From: Octopus sinensis
Taxonomy: Eukaryota
DNA length: 64,000 bases
Direction of reading: 5' to 3'
Assembly: GCF_006345805.1 (NCBI RefSeq)
Contig: NC_043019.1
Location: forward strand, 1,550,001-1,614,000
Part shown: positions 11,567-24,589 of the stretch, piece by piece
Numbering within the stretch: position 1 is the stretch's first letter
Layout: every line of letters starts with the position of its first letter
The notes under the pieces: model-generated
What the model was told of the DNA's origin: nothing
Databases searched by the model: none
What the model saw: the letters and a program-made list of their open reading frames with translations, nothing else
Program-made: the position numbers and the translations under genes

Positions 11567-13207
11567 ACGCATACACACATACATTCACACGTACACACAC
11601 ACCTACATACACATGCATACACACAAACACACCAAACATGCACGGACACACCCAGACATACACACATACACCTATATACACAACCGCCCACACACCACTA
11701 CATACACCACATATACACACGCCCACACACCTACATACACACACATACATACACACACATACACGGACACACCCAGACATACTTACATACATACACCTAT
11801 ACACACACGCCTACACACCTACATCACACACATGCATACACACACACACACATGTTACGCACACACACACACATATACGCACATACATATATACCCAACC
11901 ACATGCACACACACACACCATACGCACATGCATGCATGCATGCATGCACACGCCACACCTACACGCATACACACACACACACGCTCACGTACACATACAT
12001 ACATACACACACGCATACATACACCCATACACATACATGCTCCTACACACACATACAAACACTCACATATACATACACACACACAACACTCACTCACCCA
12101 CCTGTATGTACGCGCACAACAATGCACATACACCACTTCCCCACACCCACACGTACATACATACACACTCACACACATACACACACACAACACCCACACA
12201 CACGGACATACATCTATGCACACACATACATACAACTACTCACATACATTCATCGGACACACTACTGCCACCCGGACATACACACAGACACCTCACACAT
12301 CCACACACATACATACTTACGCACATACTCTCGCAGGCTCGCGCACGCACGCGCTTGCGCCGGTTCGCGTACGCATACGCTCCGCTCCGCAGGCCCGTCG
12401 CTCTTGGAACCGACAAGACCTCCCGCCCGTTCCTGGGACCGTCGCGTGTCGTTGGGTTTTCCCCGCCCGCCTCCGCGGGACCACTCTTCCATCTTCCCCT
12501 CAGCTGGAGTCCTTTTTCCTTAACCCCCCCCCCCCTTTTTCGTTACACACACGCGCACACATATACACACATTGCTTAAATATATACATTATCTTACACA
12601 CATTCATCTACTCGACATTTATACCACCACGACACTGGACACACACACACCACTACTACTCAACACACTCTGGCACGCTACATACGCCCCCCCCCCTTCC
12701 CCCTCCCTCCCTTCCTCCTTCCTTCTTTTTCTTACTACTGACCTTTGTCTGCTAAGCTGACCACTATCTCGCCCTACCTCACACGCCTACACACGACGCA
12801 CACACTAACACACACACATATATATTTTTTTGTTTTTTCATCTCGCCTCACACACACACATACACACCCGCACCCGCACACACTCACACATACACACACA
12901 TCTGTTGCGTTACCAACCTTGTCTCCACTCTTTTGCCTTTAAAAACCCACTTTGCTCTGTTTTCGTAAACATCCGCCTTTCACCATGTGCAACTCGTAAA
13001 CACCAGTCGTCTTTTTTCTCTTTCCCTGTTGCCCGCTCTGGGATCTTTCTTTCCTCTCTCTTCCTTCTTTATGTTTCCGACGAAGAGCTCCGCTCGAAAC
13101 GTCATACCTCCCTGCTTCCTTTTCCTGAGCGCCTATTAATAATAATACTGTAATTGTTCCATTGTTGTTGTTTTTTTTTTTTGTTTCCCGTTTGGATTAA
13201 AATTATA
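11567..13207 (+). repeat. Upstream pseudo-LTR of the PLE (CA-rich part, CpG-rich core, hammerhead-like motif)
   Basis: Collinear with 17901-19518, including the non-repetitive 12330-12540 and 12900-13207 segments. Confidence 0.9.
13073..13107 (+). ncRNA. Minimal hammerhead-like motif with U4-to-C core variant, in the 5' pLTR
   Basis: GTTT-CCGACGA-A-GAGC(TCC)GCTC-GAAA-CGTC-ATAC: short stem II, ACGT palindromic stem III and GTC cleavage triplet, but core CCGA instead of CTGA and one stem I mismatch. Confidence 0.55.
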
Positions 13208-13545
13208 CCACTGCGCGCCTACACGGACCCCTTGTACCTTGGATACCAACTCCCGGATTTTTTGCACCTACGGATTATTGTTACCATTCTTCCTGACCTA
13301 CGGATCACCCGCAACCTTCTTCCGGAGTACCACCATTACCGTGATTGAAAATCATTACCTAATCTGTCCGTTGACTCTCAAATCTCTTTCCTGACTTTTT
13401 TCAACTTTTTTCAACTTTTTTCTATTGTTTTCAAACCGTCTTCACCCTTTTTCTTCTTTCGTTGTTTTCCTGTTGTCTCTCTCTCCTTTTTCCTGTTTCG
13501 CCACCACCCGCCCACCTTACCTACTGTTTGCCACCACTTCTCATC

Positions 13546-16431
13546 ATGCCTGACTTGCACTCGTTCGTCCAACACTTCAATCCCTCCTCAATCCCGCTCC
13601 TCGCTACGCGTTCTTCCCCCCACAATGTTCCGCACCTGCTATAAAACTTTCCCGCTTGCTTTTTAAGAAAACCCGCCACTCGAGTCATTTTCCTTTCTTA
13701 GCCGGTGCCTCCGCCATCATGTCACACCCGCGGGTTCCTCTTGAAGTTCCACGCTACCCCCATATTCCTCCCCCTTCATCGAACCCACCCTCGCTCGTAC
13801 CTCCCGCTCCCTCCTCCGCGCCACCATCCATCCGCTCCACCCCCCCCCGCCTCCTTGACTCCTCGACCATCAACTTCCCCAGGCCTACCTCCTTCTCTCC
13901 GCCCTCTGCCCTCCACTCTTCACCCAACCTATCCTCCGCTTCATTCTTAATCTCAACCACCAACTCTACAACCACCTCACACACACAAAAAATAAAAAAC
14001 TCCACCTCCTCCTCAACCCCCTCACCCCCTTCCCCATCCTCCCCCACTGTTCCCCCCCCTCCTTCGCACCTACCCCACCCTTCCACGGACCCACACAACC
14101 CCCACCGTGACCTTCCTACGCCTAACCCTTCTTCACCCAACCACCCCTACCCTCCCCTTCACACCCCTGCACCCCCTCCGCCTGCCCCTAGTCCTCCCAC
14201 CACCCCGCTTCCTCGCGCTGTTGTCACTATACACCCCCCCCCCCCCTCCCCCTCTCCGCCGCCGCTGAGCGCTCCCTCCTCAGTAAGGGTCTCCGCTTCA
14301 CGCCACTCACGCGCCACTGTGATGAGTTCGAGACTCGGGCGGACGTCAACCTGTTCCTGCGCCGCCTCAAACTTCGCGCATACTACCACGCGTCCCCGCA
14401 GCGTCACAACAAATCAGGATTGCCTTTTGGAGCTGGGGCGTCGTCCCCATCTGGACGCCGCCCCCAGGCCTTTTCAGTAGCCTAGATTCGTTTGTACATG
14501 ACTGCAACGCTTTGGTCCACACGTTTCAACTTTTGCACCAAGACCCCGCCGAGCCAACCTCACTCGGGCCGAATCCATTGCCCTTCGCCACCTCCGCCGT
14601 CGTGATGACATTGTCATCAAACCGGCGGACAAAGGCGGGGCAGTGGTAGTGTGGCGCGCGGACCTATACAGGGAGGAAGCGCTCAACCAGCTTCAAAATC
14701 CACTCTTCTATCGCCTCCTCCCTCCGATCCCACCTCCTCCTACCAACAGCGAGTGTCCTCCACCATCCACGACCTCATCTCCTCCTCCGCTCTCCCCCTC
14801 ACCGCGCCACCACCTCATCGTCCGCACACCCCGCACCTCCACCATCTACTTCCTTCCCAAGATCCATAAACCCTCTAATCCTGGCCGTCCCATAGTCTCT
14901 GCCTGTAATTGCCCCACTGAACTCATCTCCCTATACCTCGACCGCATCCTTCCCGTCCCCCTTAGTCGCAGCCCTCCCATCCCACATACACGACACCAAC
15001 CACGCCCTCCGTCTCTTCAATTCCTTTTCCTTCCCTTCCAGCCCCTCACACCTCCTCTTCACTTTAGATGTAAAATCCCTGTACACAGTGATTCCCCACA
15101 ATGACGGTCTCCTAGCCCTCCAACACTTCCTCGACCGTCGTCCCGACCCCACCCCCAGCACCCCCCCCTTCTCCGGTTGGCTGAGCTCGTCCTCACCCTC
15201 AATTGCTTCACGTTCGCCGGGGAAACGTACCAACAGGTGTCCGGGGTCGCGATGGGAACTAGGATGGGCCCCAATTTCGCCAATCTCTTTCTTGGCTACA
15301 TTGAGGCCCAAGTGTTCTCCCAGTTCTCTGGGCCGACCCCCGAACTATACGGTCGCTATATCGACGACTGCGTAGGTGCCACCTCCCTTTCCGTCCCTGA
15401 ACTTCTCTGCCAATTCATCTCTTTCCTTTCCAAACTTTCACCCCTCTCTTCAATTCACCTCCACCATCTCCAACACCTCTGTCAACTTCCTTGACATCTC
15501 TCTCCGCATCGATCACCCCTCCAGCTCTCATCTCTCACCACCACCGCCTTTTTAAACCTACGGATTCCCACCTCTATCTCAACTTCTCTTCCTCCCACCC
15601 CTTCCACACCAAACGAGCCATCCCCTACTCCAGTTCCTCCGCCTCCGACGTTTGTGCAGCCGCGACCAGGATTTCGAGACCCAATCTCAATACCTGGCCC
15701 GCATTTCAGACTCCGAGGTTACCCACCCATACTCCTCTCTGATGCCCTCACCCGCGCCCGTCGCATCGACCGCACTACCGCCCTGTCTCCTGTCTCCCCC
15801 CCCCCCACCCCCAACCGCACCCCCCTTCCCCTCCTTTTCCACCCCTCTACCCTACCCCTTCGTCGCAAGATACTACGTGCCTTCCGTCGCCTCCAGCTTG
15901 ATCCCACCACCCCGCCCCATTTTCCCTAACCTACCCCTGTCCTCTTTCAAACGAGCCCGCAATCTGCGTGACCTCCTGGTCCACAGCACCCTCTCTCCTT
16001 CCCCCTCAGCCCCACACGGATCATTCCCTTGCTCTAGATCCCGTTGCAACACTTGCCCCTTCATCACCAACACCACCGCTGTCACCGGCTCCAACCTGCA
16101 CACTGTACGCATTAGGCACTCTTTTACGTGCACCCCGTCTGGCCTTATTTACTGCATTAAATGCAACCTATGCGGGATGCTGTATGTAGGACAGACGGGT
16201 CGCCGGTTGTCCGACCGTTTCACTGAACACTTGAGGGACGTTCGCCTACACTCTCTTTCTCCCGTCGCACGCCACTTCCGCTCGGCCGGCCATTCCCTAG
16301 ATGACATCTCAGTGTTTGGTCTCGCCCCCCACCATGGTCGCCCACTTTCCAGGCTCCACTTGGAGCAACGCTACATCTTCACCCTACAAACTACCACCCC
16401 ACACGGACTTAACACAGCCCCCTCCTCTTGA
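13546..16431 (+). pseudogene. PLE polyprotein ORF (reverse transcriptase + Cys-rich linker + GIY-YIG endonuclease), frameshifted
   Basis: Joined frames give FL..CL.HHVTPRGFLLKFH; RRDDIVIKPADKGGAVVVW; FLPKIHKPSNPGRPIVSACNCPTE; LDVKSLYTVIP; YQQVSGVAMGTRMGPNFANLFLG; YGRYIDDCVG; CSRSRCNTCPFI; LIYCIKCNLCGMLYVGQTGRRLSDRFTEH; HLEQRYIFTLQTTTPHGLN. Many breaks fall in C homopolymers. Confidence 0.93.
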
Positions 16432-17900
16432 GATCGTTTTTTTTTTTTTTTTTTGGACCACACCACCCCACCACCACCCACCTACCTCCCCACACGCACA
16501 CCACCCACCCACCTACTACGCACCCACACCCACCCCCCTACCTCCCACACACCCACCCACCCCCTACCTCCCACACACACTCCTGTTCACACCCGCACAT
16601 ACGTAGACCCATCTACGTACATACATTCCACATTTAATCACACACACTTACAGACATACTAACACACACTACCACATACAACCACATGCACATACCACAC
16701 ACATACATACTTCACACACACACACACACACAGACTACATACCACATACACACACACACACATACATACCACATACATACACACACACTCACACACACAC
16801 ACCGCACGTACATACTTCACACACACACATGCAAACATACATGTAGGCACATACATACGTACATACCCTACATGCACCCCTTACACTGAATGCACACACA
16901 CATACACCTTTTTGCATCCAGGCAGCCCCCCCCTCTTTTCTGCTTTCCGGTTTTGGCTGATGGATCCTCGGTTCCCCGCGTAGCGGGGCGTTCGAGGCCT
17001 TTGCGCTCGCGCGCCTGGCGCGCGCTGGGGGCTTGGTCGGCCCCTTGGGCTTGCGTGTGTACTGCTTGTGCGTTGTGTGCGTGGCGCGCTTCGTGGTGTG
17101 GGCTTGCTTCGGATGTGCGCGTGCGTATGTATGCATACATACCCACACACTCGCATGCATCCCTACCCACATACATACACGCACACCTACTCACACACAC
17201 ACATACACACACATACCTGCACACACACACCCACATACATACATACACATACATACCTACTTCAGACATACACACACCAGACATACACCCATACACTCAC
17301 ACTCACACGCATACACACACACACATACACACGCACACGTACACATACACACACAACACACCTACATACATACATTACACTTGTATACACACACTTACAT
17401 TCATACACACACACACCTACACAGCCATACCCTCACTCAGACACACACATCTACCTACACACACACACAAACACACACGGACACACACCCATACATACAT
17501 ACATCTACACCACACGCCTACACCACTACATACACACATACATAAACACACACACACATACACATATACACACATACGCACACACACATATACTTATACA
17601 CATGCACACACACACACATACATACATACACCCATATACATACACACCACATACCCACATACTCCTATACGCACATACATACACACAGACATACACACAT
17701 ACACACTCACACAAACATACACACACACATACTTACACACACACTCACCTGCACGCGCACACACATGCATGACAAACACCCATACACTCACACTCACATA
17801 CGCACACACCAACATAACACGCACGACACACACGCACACACACAACTACACTCCCACACACATACACACGCACCTACATACACACACCGCACGCATACAC

Positions 17901-19518
17901 ACGCATACACACATACATTACACACGTACACACACACCTACATACACATGCATACACACACAACACAAACATGCACGGACACACCCAGACATACACACAT
18001 ACACCTATATACACACGCCCACACACCTATACACACCATATACACACGCCACACACCCCCACATACACACACACACACACACACATACACGGACACACCC
18101 ATACATACTTACATACATACACCTATACACACACCTACACACCTACTACACCACATGCATACACACACACACACATGTACGCACACACACACATATACGC
18201 ACATACATATATACCCACACACATGCACACACACACAACACTACGCACATGCATGCATGCATGCACACGCGCACTCACCTACACGCAACACACACACACA
18301 CGCACGTACACATACATACATACACACACGCATACATACACCCATACACATACATGCAGCATCCTACACACACAATACATACACACTCACACATACATAC
18401 ACACACACACACACCACACACCTGTATGTACGCGCACACACATGCACATACACACCCTTCCCCACACCCACACGTACATACATACACACTCACACACAAC
18501 CACACACACACACACACACACACGGACATACATCTATGCACACACATACATACACACATACTCACATACATTCATCGGACACACTGCCAACCGGACATAC
18601 ACACAGACACACTCCACATCCACACACATACATACTTACGCCATACTCGCAGCTCGCGCACGCACGCGCTTGCGCCGGTTCGCGTACGCATACGCTCTGC
18701 AGGCACCTCGCTCTTGGAACCGACAAGACCTCCCGCCCGTTCCTGGGACCGTCGCGTGTCGTTGGTTTTCCCACGCCCGCTTCCGCGGGACCCTCTTCCA
18801 TCTTCCCCTCAGCTGGAGTCCTTTTTCCTTAACCCCCCCCTTTTTCGTTACACACACCACGCCACACATATACACACATTGCTTAATATATACATTACTC
18901 TTACACACATTAATCTACTCGCCATTTATACCACCACACGACACTGGACACACACCACACCTACTACTCAACACACGCTGGCACGCTACATACGCCCCCC
19001 ACCCATTCCCCTCCCCCCCTTCCTCCTTCCTTCTTTTTCTCTACTACTGACCTTTGTCTGCTAAGCTGACCACTATCTCATCCTCGCCCTACCTCACACG
19101 CCTACAACACAGACGCACACACTAACACACACATATATATTTTTTTGTTTTTTTTCATCTCGCCTCACACACACACATACACACACGCACACGTACACCT
19201 CACACATACACACACATCTGTTGCGTTACCAACCTTGTCTCCACTCTTTTGCCTTTAAAAAACCCACTTGCTCTGTTTTCGTAAACATCCGCCTTTCACC
19301 ATGTGCAACTCGTAAACACCAGTCGTCTTTTTTCTCTTTCCCTGTTGCCCGCTCGGGATCTTTCTTCCTCTCTCTTCCTTCTTTATGTTTCCGACGAAGA
19401 GCTCCGCTCGAAACGTCAATACCTCCCTGCTTCCTTTTCCTGAGCGCCTATTAATAATAATACTGTAATTGTTCCATTGTTGTTGTTTTTTTTTGTTTCC
19501 GTTTGGATTAAAATTATA
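17901..19518 (+). repeat. Downstream pseudo-LTR of the PLE (the part shared with the upstream copy; CA-rich sequence extends back to ~16450)
   Basis: Direct repeat of 11567-13207. Confidence 0.9.
19387..19422 (+). ncRNA. Minimal hammerhead-like motif with U4-to-C core variant, in the 3' pLTR
   Basis: GTTT-CCGACGA-A-GAGCTCCGCTC-GAAA-CGTC-AATAC, the same motif as 13073-13107. Confidence 0.55.
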
Positions 19519-19789
19519 TATATAATATATATATGTCCTATTTATCCTATATATCCTATATAATTGTTTTAGGTATCAATTCCAGGTCTGGAGTGATCTG
19601 ATATGAGTTGTCCGGGATGATTTATCCTGGTATCAGTTGCTCTGGCACGTCAAACGTCGCTGGTTTCGTATGTAACACGTGTCTTTCGCTTTCTAATAAG
19701 CGAGAATTTGTGAGAAGCCCTGCAGGCCTGTAAAACGACCCAAGTTACACGACGAAAATGGTGTAGTTTGGAGATCAGAGCCTGATACT

Positions 19790-20175
19790 TTGGGGATAGA
19801 AAGAAAGTGATGGTTCATGAAAGTTGGCTAAAACCGACCGTAACTCGAATAGTACCAAATAAATCCAGCTGCGGCAGGAGAACTTCTACTTCGTGAGAAG
19901 AATCCACGCAGTCATGAAGTATTGTGGGAGATCAGCCACAGAGAATGGCATCTCATACCTGTGAAGATGGTGAAGAATTTGTAAGCCTTTTTTTCCAGGA
20001 CGCATAGAAACAACTATTCAAGGTAAGGGAAGCCACGCGACATATTAACAATGTGCAGTAACTTCTTGAAATAAACATTATGTAATCAATTTTCTTTATA
20101 AACATTTTTCGGGTTTTAAATACTGTATTTTGATTGGTTTACGTCAGGTGGTCGAAAACGTTTGCACGGGCATTT
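19790..20175 (+). pseudogene. Decayed Tc1-family transposase C-terminus and 3' end
   Basis: EWHLIPVKMVKNL*AFFPGRIETTIQGKGSHATY* matches the Tc1 end (EW..I....NL..S.P.R...VI.AKG..TKY*). GGTGGTCGAAAACGTTTGCACGGGCA at ~20148-20173 resembles a Tc1 TIR. Confidence 0.6.
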
Positions 20176-20427
20176 TTGGTGGTCGTCTCGCATATACCCC
20201 TCTCATTCAGAACCCTTACTACAAAATATAATAATATAATGATTAGGTGTAGAAATGACTCAAAGAGGGCCAATGTTTCATCTATAATTTATATTCCTCA
20301 GCGTTATAACTAATACATCTGTTTGTTTTGTTTTGTACACCACCTGTCTTCGTCTTCTGTTTTTTGTTTTTTCCGTAAACTCTCCCCATATATATTATAT
20401 ATATATAATATATATATATATTATATA

Positions 20428-20472
<45 letters not shown>

Positions 20473-20521
20473 CTATATGTATGTATATATATATATATAT
20501 ATACATATATATACATATATA

Positions 20522-20713
20522 CAGTTGCGGCCAAAGTGTTCAGAACGGCATTGTTTTCGGCAGAAAAGTAGGTATAAGTTTTATCAAAGTTGGTTTATAT
20601 TCTATAATTTTCACAGACAATAAATACGATATTAATTGTTATGTCTGAGATAAAAACTTATACCTACTTTTCTGGCGAAAACAATGCCGTTCTGAACATT
20701 TTGGCCGCAACTT
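20522..20713. mobile_element. Tc1-type MITE with ~65-bp TIRs and TA flanks
   Basis: CAGTTGCGGCCAAAGTGTTCAGAACGGCATTGTTTTC.. at the left end and ..GAAAACAATGCCGTTCTGAACATTTTGGCCGCAACTT at the right end; TA on each side. Confidence 0.88.
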
Positions 20714-20719
20714 TATATA

Positions 20720-20728
20720 TACTCTTTA

Positions 20729-20761
<33 letters not shown>

Positions 20762-21136
20762 TTGTTTCAGTCATTTGACTGCGGCCATGCTGGAGCACCG
20801 CCTTTAATCGAGCAACTCGACCCCGGTACTTATTCTTTGTAAGCCCGGTACTTATTCTATCGGCCTCTTTTTGCCGAACCGCTAAGTGACGGAGACATAA
20901 ACACACCAGCATCGGTTGTCAAGCAATGCTAGGGGGACAAACACAGACACACAAACACACAAACACACACACATACATATATATATATACATATATACGA
21001 AGGGCGTCTTTCAGTTTTCGTCCACCAAATCCACTCACAAGGCTTTGGTCGGCCCAAGGTGCCATGCAGTGGGACTGAACCCGCAACCATGTGGTTTGTA
21101 AACAAGCTACTTACCACACAGCCACTCCTGCGCCTA
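20720..21136 (-). mobile_element. SINE family A (small internal deletion)
   Basis: Near-identical to 2168-2576, with a (CT)n expansion in the tail. Confidence 0.9.
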
Positions 21137-21149
21137 TTATATATATATA

Positions 21150-21300
21150 TATAATATGTGTGTGGTTGAAATTTACAGAAAACAAGACAAAGACAGGTGT
21201 AACAACAACAAGCAGATGCATTAGTTTAACGGTCGGAAAAATGAGTAAGTCGTTACGTTTTGAGCCTACACTCTTTGACTGAAAGAATTACAAAGAATAT
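21150..21300 (-). mobile_element. PLE-type 3'-end remnant with a decayed hammerhead-like motif
   Basis: Reverse complement TCTTT-CAGTCAA-AGAGTGTAGGCTC-AAAA-CGTA parallels the pLTR motif. A related remnant lies at ~20270-20390 in the opposite orientation. Confidence 0.4.
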
Positions 21301-22129
21301 ACTGTTTATAAATATATGTGTGTGCGTGCATGTGTGTGTGTTTCTGTGTATGTATGTGTGTGCTTTTCATCTAAAATGGAGACGAAAACGACTTGAAGAT
21401 TCATAACATGAAACTAGGGGTAGCTTTAATGCGCACAAAGAAAAAAATCTATCTGCAAAGCGCATTTGAGCACTGATTCTCGTCGTCCGACATTTATGTA
21501 TATATTATATATATATATTATATATATATATATATTCCGACATTTATGTATATATATATATTTATACATTCATACATATATATATATGTATACATAAATT
21601 CATATATATCTCTTTATACATGAACAAGACAATAATTTTAACATTTGTGTACTATGTTCTGTTGTTCTGTTGCAAGTCTAGAGAAAGAAATGAAATATAG
21701 TAAGCATCTTTTTAAATTGTGATTGGTAATTAAAACACAAATCGTAGGCGCAAATTTGTTTCCTTAAAGAATCAACTAATCATTTCTATTCCAATACATA
21801 CTTAGCTGAAGGCAGATATTATAACAGTGTTTGGTTAAAATAATAAACTTAAGTGATTATTACTGAACAATTTATATAAGATAAATAATCGTTTCTTCGG
21901 CACATTGCTTAATATACGTTATATAAAATTCTTGAGCTATTTTGGAATAACTTAATAAAAGAAGATAGAAGTTGAAAGCAGCCATTAAATCTGGCTGTAA
22001 TTCAATCTGCATATTTACTAGACACTAGACTGCAGCAATACTATAAAACGAAGGAGTTTCACCTTACGTACTTCCGATAAGTGTGTGTGAGTTTGTAAAT
22101 GAGTGTAGGTTTGGGTGGGTGCATATATT

Positions 22130-22245
22130 CATATATGTGCGTATATATATATGTTCATATATATATGTCCATATATATGTATACATCCACACATACATAA
22201 GTATGTATGTATATATGTATGCATATATGTATATATATATGTATG

Positions 22246-22287
<42 letters not shown>

Positions 22288-22366
22288 TAACATGTGCCTG
22301 TACAAGTTTGTGTTTGATAGTGACTGTAAATTAAATATACATATATGTGCGTATGTGCGTATGTGC

Positions 22367-22441
<75 letters not shown>

Positions 22442-22605
22442 GCATCCATACATGTATGTATGTTGTATGTATGCATGTATGTATATATCTATGTATATAT
22501 GTATGTATATATGTATGTATATATGTATGCATGTATGTATGTATGTATGTATGTATGTATGTATGCGTGTGTATATGTATGTATGTCCGTATGTATGTAT
22601 GTGTA
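22130..22605. repeat. Compound (TA)n/(GA)n/(TATG)n microsatellite block
   Basis: Direct reading. Confidence 0.95.
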
Positions 22606-23331
22606 CATTTATCGGAAGAGAAATGACTTCTTAAAGTATGTTAGGCTAACTTTTATCATGAAATCTTATTAAATGATTAATAAATAAGAAAATTCTCTAA
22701 TGAATATTATTAAAGAAACTTTTCATCGTTTGCTGTAATATACATCATCAGAATACAGAATACAGAATACAGATTACAAATGAGGGACGATTACTAAGTA
22801 GAAATCTCGTTTATTTTTTTTTGATATGAACAAATAAAATAATTCACTTACTGTTCATAATAAACATTAGAGCTAAATATATTATATTAAGTATAGTATA
22901 TATATTTATAGATGATTGTGAACAAAGGAAAAAATTATGTAGTCGATAATTCCGTTTTGAATTTGTTTACACATATCGGAATTAATTTATAAGTATAGAG
23001 AACTAATTTATAAACTTCATACCGAGATTACAAAATTAGAAATAATTAAGCAACCAAACAAGTATTAATTACTAAATTAATTTACGTTATGTATAATTAC
23101 ATATTTTGAAAGCTTTTAATAATAGAGGAAATCCGTAAGTCGTTGAAACTGTACTCGAATTACCATCCAAGAATGAAAGCGAGTTACGTATGATTCAAAT
23201 TATGGAAGGGATACTGTATCTATTATAATATTAAGGAAGGTAAATATAGGATATTCTATGTCTTTGTTCGATATTTGTGTAAATATATTCGTTAATCTTA
23301 TATTGTACTTTTCTTTTAAAGACTTCTCTCT

Positions 23332-23371
<40 letters not shown>

Positions 23372-23549
23372 AACTGCAGCAATAATACTGGAACACGATC
23401 TTCAATTTCATTCCTATTAATGATTATGTTATATGCAGTACTTGGCCTGGCAGGTAATAAGGTAAATCGAGAAACAATAAAGAGTAAAATAGCGATAAAT
23501 AGAATTATGCTATTTGGTTTGATGCAACCATATTTCAACTCACACGAAT

Positions 23550-23586
<37 letters not shown>

Positions 23587-23624
23587 CACATACACATATA
23601 GACAAAGAGAGGGAGAGAGACAGC

Positions 23625-23929
<305 letters not shown>

Positions 23930-24399
23930 CATCGATACCTAGTCCCTTGTACTTGCTCGTTGTCAATGACATCTCTGGCTCTCTGACCTGTCAGATGATA
24001 CATTAACTGTGTTCTTGCTTCAGCTGTTTGAATTGAGATTGAGAAAGTATTATAATGAAATTTATTCTAACCATATCTGTCTTTCGGTTGTTTTAACTAT
24101 TATTCCTATCTGGTAGATCGTCTGCATAAGAACTCTTGACTGAAACGTCTAGTGTATGCAATGGTACTTAAACTATTATCCCCATAAATAGGGAAAGCCA
24201 AATGCGGTTTGTGTAGCTAGACTTTTGTGAGGTGGCAAGAAAACTTCTACGACTAACAAAAGTCACCCCCAAACCATACGCTACTGTTATTTAAAGTAAA
24301 CCAAATTATTAATTTACAAATTATTACAGGAAGAATTCCTTCCTCGATATTGAGTTGATACGTTGGGACCATTATATACATCTTTATATATATATATAT

Positions 24400-24483
<84 letters not shown>

Positions 24484-24519
24484 CATATATATATATTACA
24501 TATATATATTACATATATA

Positions 24520-24559
<40 letters not shown>

Positions 24560-24589
24560 CATCTATATAGATTCATCTATATCTGCTTT

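Larger units (their letters stand above)
11567..19518 (+). mobile_element. Penelope-like element (probably Neptune-type) with 5'-truncated upstream pseudo-LTR and long downstream pseudo-LTR
   Basis: Direct repeats 11567-13207 and 17901-19518 flank an RT/GIY-YIG coding region. Both repeats end in TTTGGATTAAAATTATA, and the element is bounded by (TA)n on both sides. Confidence 0.93.

Noticed and set aside
11300-12755. Long His/Thr/Tyr-rich ORFs (407, 430 and 313 aa) and the 724/355/359-aa ORFs at 16890-19064
   Set aside because: Translations of CA-rich low-complexity pLTR DNA, open in several frames at once; not proteins.
13754-15910. Minus-strand Gly/Glu-rich ORFs and + strand Pro-rich ORFs over the PLE, and + strand ORFs over the Tx1 copies
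   Set aside because: Off-frame or antisense shadows of the compositionally biased TE coding regions.
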